Shown here: positions 61,100 through 64,000 of the stretch, in pieces | Numbering within the stretch: position 1 is the first letter of the stretch | How the letters are laid out: each line of letters opens with the position of its first letter | Assembly (NCBI GenBank): GCA_046048895.1 | Contig: JBJOFF010000002.1 | Coordinates: forward strand, 56,668 to 120,667 | Length of the DNA stretch: 64,000 nucleotides | Source of the DNA: Actinomycetota bacterium | GTDB taxonomy: Bacteria; Actinomycetota; Actinomycetes; Nanopelagicales; Nanopelagicaceae | Direction of reading: 5' to 3' | The notes under the pieces: generated by a model | Databases searched by the model: none | What the model saw: only the letters and a program-made list of their open reading frames with translations | What the model was told of the DNA's origin: nothing | Program-made: the position numbers and the translations under genes

Positions 61100-61789
61100 A
61101 TGATCCGATTTGAAAACGTCAGCAAGATTTATCCAGGTACCGATCGTCCGGCGCTTGAGAATGTAAATCTTGAAATTGAAAAAGGCGAATTCGTCTTCCT
61201 CGTTGGACTTTCCGGTTCTGGTAAGTCAACTTTTCTGCGATTAGTACTTCGCGAAGAGCGTCCTACTACCGGGACCATTCACGTGGCAGGGAAAGATTTA
61301 AATTCTCTCTCAAACCATAAGGTGCCAGAGCTACGTCGCCAAGTTGGCACGGTCTTTCAAGACTTTAGATTACTTCCAAATAAGACCATTACCGAGAATG
61401 TTGCTTTTGCTTTGCACGTACTTGGACATTCACAGAAAGAAATCAATCGAGAAGTTCCAGAAGTACTCGAACTGGTAGGACTCGAGGACAAAGGCGACCG
61501 CAAACCCTCTGAGATTTCTGGAGGCGAGCAACAACGTGTAGCTATTGCGCGCGCCTATGTAACCAAACCACCTATTTTGATTGCCGATGAGCCAACCGGA
61601 AATTTGGACCCTGCCACCTCTATCGGAATTATGAAATTACTCGATCGAATCAATCGAGAAGGCACAACTGTTTTAATGGCTACACATGACTCTGGAATCG
61701 TTGATCAGATGCGTAAGCGTGTAATTGAATTGGACCGCGGGCATGTAGTTAGAGATCAAGTTCGTGGCGTTTATGGATATACGGGGTAA
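61100..61789 (+). CDS. ftsE: cell division ATP-binding protein FtsE
   Basis: Walker [10 protein letters not shown], signature ISGGEQQRV and Walker B ILIADEPT. It is followed by ftsX. Confidence 0.95.
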   Translation: MIRFENVSKIYPGTDRPALENVNLEIEKGEFVFLVGLSGSGKSTFLRLVLREERPTTGTIHVAGKDLNSLSNHKVPELRRQVGTVFQDFRLLPNKTITENVAFALHVLGHSQKEINREVPEVLELVGLEDKGDRKPSEISGGEQQRVAIARAYVTKPPILIADEPTGNLDPATSIGIMKLLDRINREGTTVLMATHDSGIVDQMRKRVIELDRGHVVRDQVRGVYGYTG

Positions 61790-61793
61790 TTAG

Positions 61794-62696
61794 ATGCGCG
61801 CAAGATTTATTGCTAGTGAAGTAGGTATTGGCCTACGCCGAAATGCCACAATGACTTTTGCGGTTATGGTGACTACTGCGATCTCATTAAGCTTGTTGGG
61901 TATTGGTTTGTTATCTAATGCTCAAGTAAAAGCCATGAAAGATTATTGGTACGACAAAATTGAAGTGTCCGTATTTCTTTGCAGCTCGCTCTCAGAATCT
62001 TCTTCTTGCGCGACTGGAATTGTGACTCCAGAACAACGACTTTCAATTCAAAAGGATCTTCAAGCGCTACCGGTGGTAGACCAGGTTTATTATGAATCTC
62101 AAGCAGAAGCATTTTCACATTTCCAAGAACGTTTTAAAGATTCTGCAATCGCGCAAAACGTTACTGCAGATCAGTTACCAGAATCATTCCGTGTGAAGCT
62201 AAAAGACCCAACACAGTATGGAGTTGTAGTCTCGGCATTCACTGGCCGACCAGGTGTAGATGTGGTGCAGGATCAACGGACAATTCTTGATAAGTTCTTC
62301 AAATTGCTTGGAGTACTCCGAAATGGTGCGCTCGCAGTTGGTTTGGCTTCAGTTCTAACTGCAGCGCTATTAATTAGTAACACTTTACGCATTGCAGCAT
62401 TTAATCGTCGACGTGAAACAAATGTTATGAAATTAGTAGGAGCGACAAGTTGGTCTATCCAGCTGCCATTTCTACTAGAAGGCGTTTTCTCCGCATTTGT
62501 TGGCTGGATGCTTGCAACCGGCTTGCTCTCAGGTATCAAGACAGTTATTGATAGCAAAGTTGCACCATTACTTACTTTCACTAAATTCTTTGGTTGGGGT
62601 GAAGTATGGATTGCATCAGGCTGGCTACTTTTAACTGGATTAGCGGTATCTATCTTCGCTTCTACGCTCACACTTCGTAAGTATCTAAAGGTCTAA
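61794..62696 (+). CDS. ftsX: cell division permease-like protein FtsX
   Basis: 300 aa, with one N-terminal TM helix, a periplasmic domain and three C-terminal TM helices (MKLVGAT). Confidence 0.9.
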   Translation: MRARFIASEVGIGLRRNATMTFAVMVTTAISLSLLGIGLLSNAQVKAMKDYWYDKIEVSVFLCSSLSESSSCATGIVTPEQRLSIQKDLQALPVVDQVYYESQAEAFSHFQERFKDSAIAQNVTADQLPESFRVKLKDPTQYGVVVSAFTGRPGVDVVQDQRTILDKFFKLLGVLRNGALAVGLASVLTAALLISNTLRIAAFNRRRETNVMKLVGATSWSIQLPFLLEGVFSAFVGWMLATGLLSGIKTVIDSKVAPLLTFTKFFGWGEVWIASGWLLLTGLAVSIFASTLTLRKYLKV

Positions 62697-62709
62697 TAGA
62701 ATTCTGCGC

Positions 62710-63507
62710 GTGAGTAACGCACCAATCGGAATCTTTGATTCTGGCGTAGGCGGTTTGACCGTTGCCAGAGCAATAATCGATCAGTTGCCAAATGAATCTA
62801 CTATTTATATTGGTGATACTGCGCGTGGACCTTACGGCCCAAGAAAAATCGCAGAGGTACGTGAATTCTCTTTAGAAATTATTGAATTCTTGGTCCAACG
62901 TGGCTGCAAAGCAATTGTTATTGCCTGCAATACCGCAAGTTCAGCTATGTTGCGTGATGCGCGAGAGAGATTTCAAGTTCCAATCATTGAAGTTATACAA
63001 CCTGCTGCTCGTAGAGCGGTTGCAGCAACTCGCAGTGGAAAAGTTGGTGTAATTGGTACTAACGCCACTATTGATTCTGGATCCTATTTGGATGCATTTG
63101 CCGCAGCTCCACAACTAGAGATAACTTCAAAAGCTTGTCCTAAATTTGTGGAATACGTAGAACGTGGTGAAACCTCCGGTGCTCAAATCACACAAGTTGC
63201 CCGTGAGTACCTTGCGCCTATGATTGATGCCAAAGTAGATACGTTGGTACTTGGTTGCACTCATTACCCACTATTAACTGGCGTTATCTCTTATGTAATG
63301 GGAGAAGGCGTTACTTTGGTCTCTTCTGCCGAAGAAACTGCGAAAGATTTATATCGCGTACTTGTGGAGAAAAACTTATTGCGTGATGCAGCTACAACCC
63401 CACCAACACATGAATTTCTAGCAACTGGAGATTCAAGTCAATTCGAAATTTTGGCCCGACGATTCTTGGGTCCAGAAGCAACAAAAGTCCACCATCAGGA
63501 TTTATAG
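62710..63507 (+). CDS. murI: glutamate racemase
   Basis: [19 protein letters not shown] and LGCTHYP. Confidence 0.95.
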   Translation: MSNAPIGIFDSGVGGLTVARAIIDQLPNESTIYIGDTARGPYGPRKIAEVREFSLEIIEFLVQRGCKAIVIACNTASSAMLRDARERFQVPIIEVIQPAARRAVAATRSGKVGVIGTNATIDSGSYLDAFAAAPQLEITSKACPKFVEYVERGETSGAQITQVAREYLAPMIDAKVDTLVLGCTHYPLLTGVISYVMGEGVTLVSSAEETAKDLYRVLVEKNLLRDAATTPPTHEFLATGDSSQFEILARRFLGPEATKVHHQDL

Positions 63508-63516
63508 GGAGTCGTA

Positions 63517-64000
63517 ATGCCAAGAAATGACGGTCGAAGCAACAATCAACTTCGCGAAATTAAGTTCACAAGAAATTGGTTGAATAATGCCGAAGGGTCG
63601 GTAATAGTCGAATTCGGAAACACTAGAGTCTTGTGCGTAGCGTCTTTTACACCTGGCGTACCTCGCTGGCTAAAGGATTCTGGAAAAGGCTGGGTGACAT
63701 CAGAATATTCAATGTTGCCGCGCGCAACACATACTCGTTCAGATCGTGAAAGTGTCAAAGGAAAGCTGGGCGGACGCACTCAAGAAATTTCTCGTTTAAT
63801 TGGCAGATCGCTTCGCGCGGTAATTGATAACCATGAGTTAGGCGAAAACACCATAGTTTTGGATTGCGATGTATTGCAAGCTGATGGCGGAACCAGAACT
63901 GCTGCAATCACTGGTGCCTATGTAGCGTTAGCTGATGCCATTAATTGGGCGAAAGCTAATGGACATATCAAAGCTGACGCAAAAGTTTTGAAAGATTCAG
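63517..64000 (+). CDS. rph: ribonuclease PH, 3' end cut by window edge
   Basis: Not in the track because it has no stop in the window. My own translation is [40 protein letters not shown]...[17 protein letters not shown]...[15 protein letters not shown]...[19 protein letters not shown]. Confidence 0.9.
   Translation, partial: MPRNDGRSNNQLREIKFTRNWLNNAEGSVIVEFGNTRVLCVASFTPGVPRWLKDSGKGWVTSEYSMLPRATHTRSDRESVKGKLGGRTQEISRLIGRSLRAVIDNHELGENTIVLDCDVLQADGGTRTAAITGAYVALADAINWAKANGHIKADAKVLKDS

Overview
This 64 kb window is a very compact, moderately AT-rich bacterial chromosome segment with almost no intergenic DNA and many 1-4 nt start/stop overlaps. The gene order looks like Actinomycetota: a men cluster, clpS-DUF2017, DUF3027-csp, an orphan groEL behind a CIRCE element, prfB-ftsE-ftsX and a split pntAA/pntAB/pntB. 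A streamlined freshwater acI/Nanopelagicales-like lineage is only a guess.

Content in order:
- menB (5' partial), menC and menD; menF and bioY on the minus strand; menG.
- A complete 14-gene nuoA-N operon, a polyprenyl-diphosphate synthase and a degenerate M24-fold protein.
- A ~13 kb accessory carbohydrate island (22.9-35.7 kb).
- Housekeeping genes: rarD, yajQ, groEL, csp, two MFS transporters, serC, pdxH, citA, two GH13 amylase-family enzymes, an esterase, photolyase, tRNA-Tyr, a class-V PLP enzyme, pntAA/AB/B, argF, a GH18 protein, clpS, prfB, ftsEX, murI and rph (3' partial).

I saw no rRNA, CRISPR array, IS element, transposase, integrase or phage genes.

The main finding is that the island reads as a self-contained, co-regulated sulfoquinovose catabolic system. 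It combines a YihV/YihT-like sulfo-EMP core (with a non-YihS isomerase candidate and an ABC importer) with a SuyAB-like sulfolactate sulfo-lyase. It also carries a D-/L-specific 2-hydroxyacid dehydrogenase pair and a SuyZ/YeiH-type exporter. Three copies of one palindromic operator match the embedded FadR-type GntR regulator. If the assignments hold, one organism would take the sulfosugar all the way to pyruvate plus sulfite. All family assignments come from motif recognition by eye and from memory of characterised proteins, so they need alignment and HMM confirmation.
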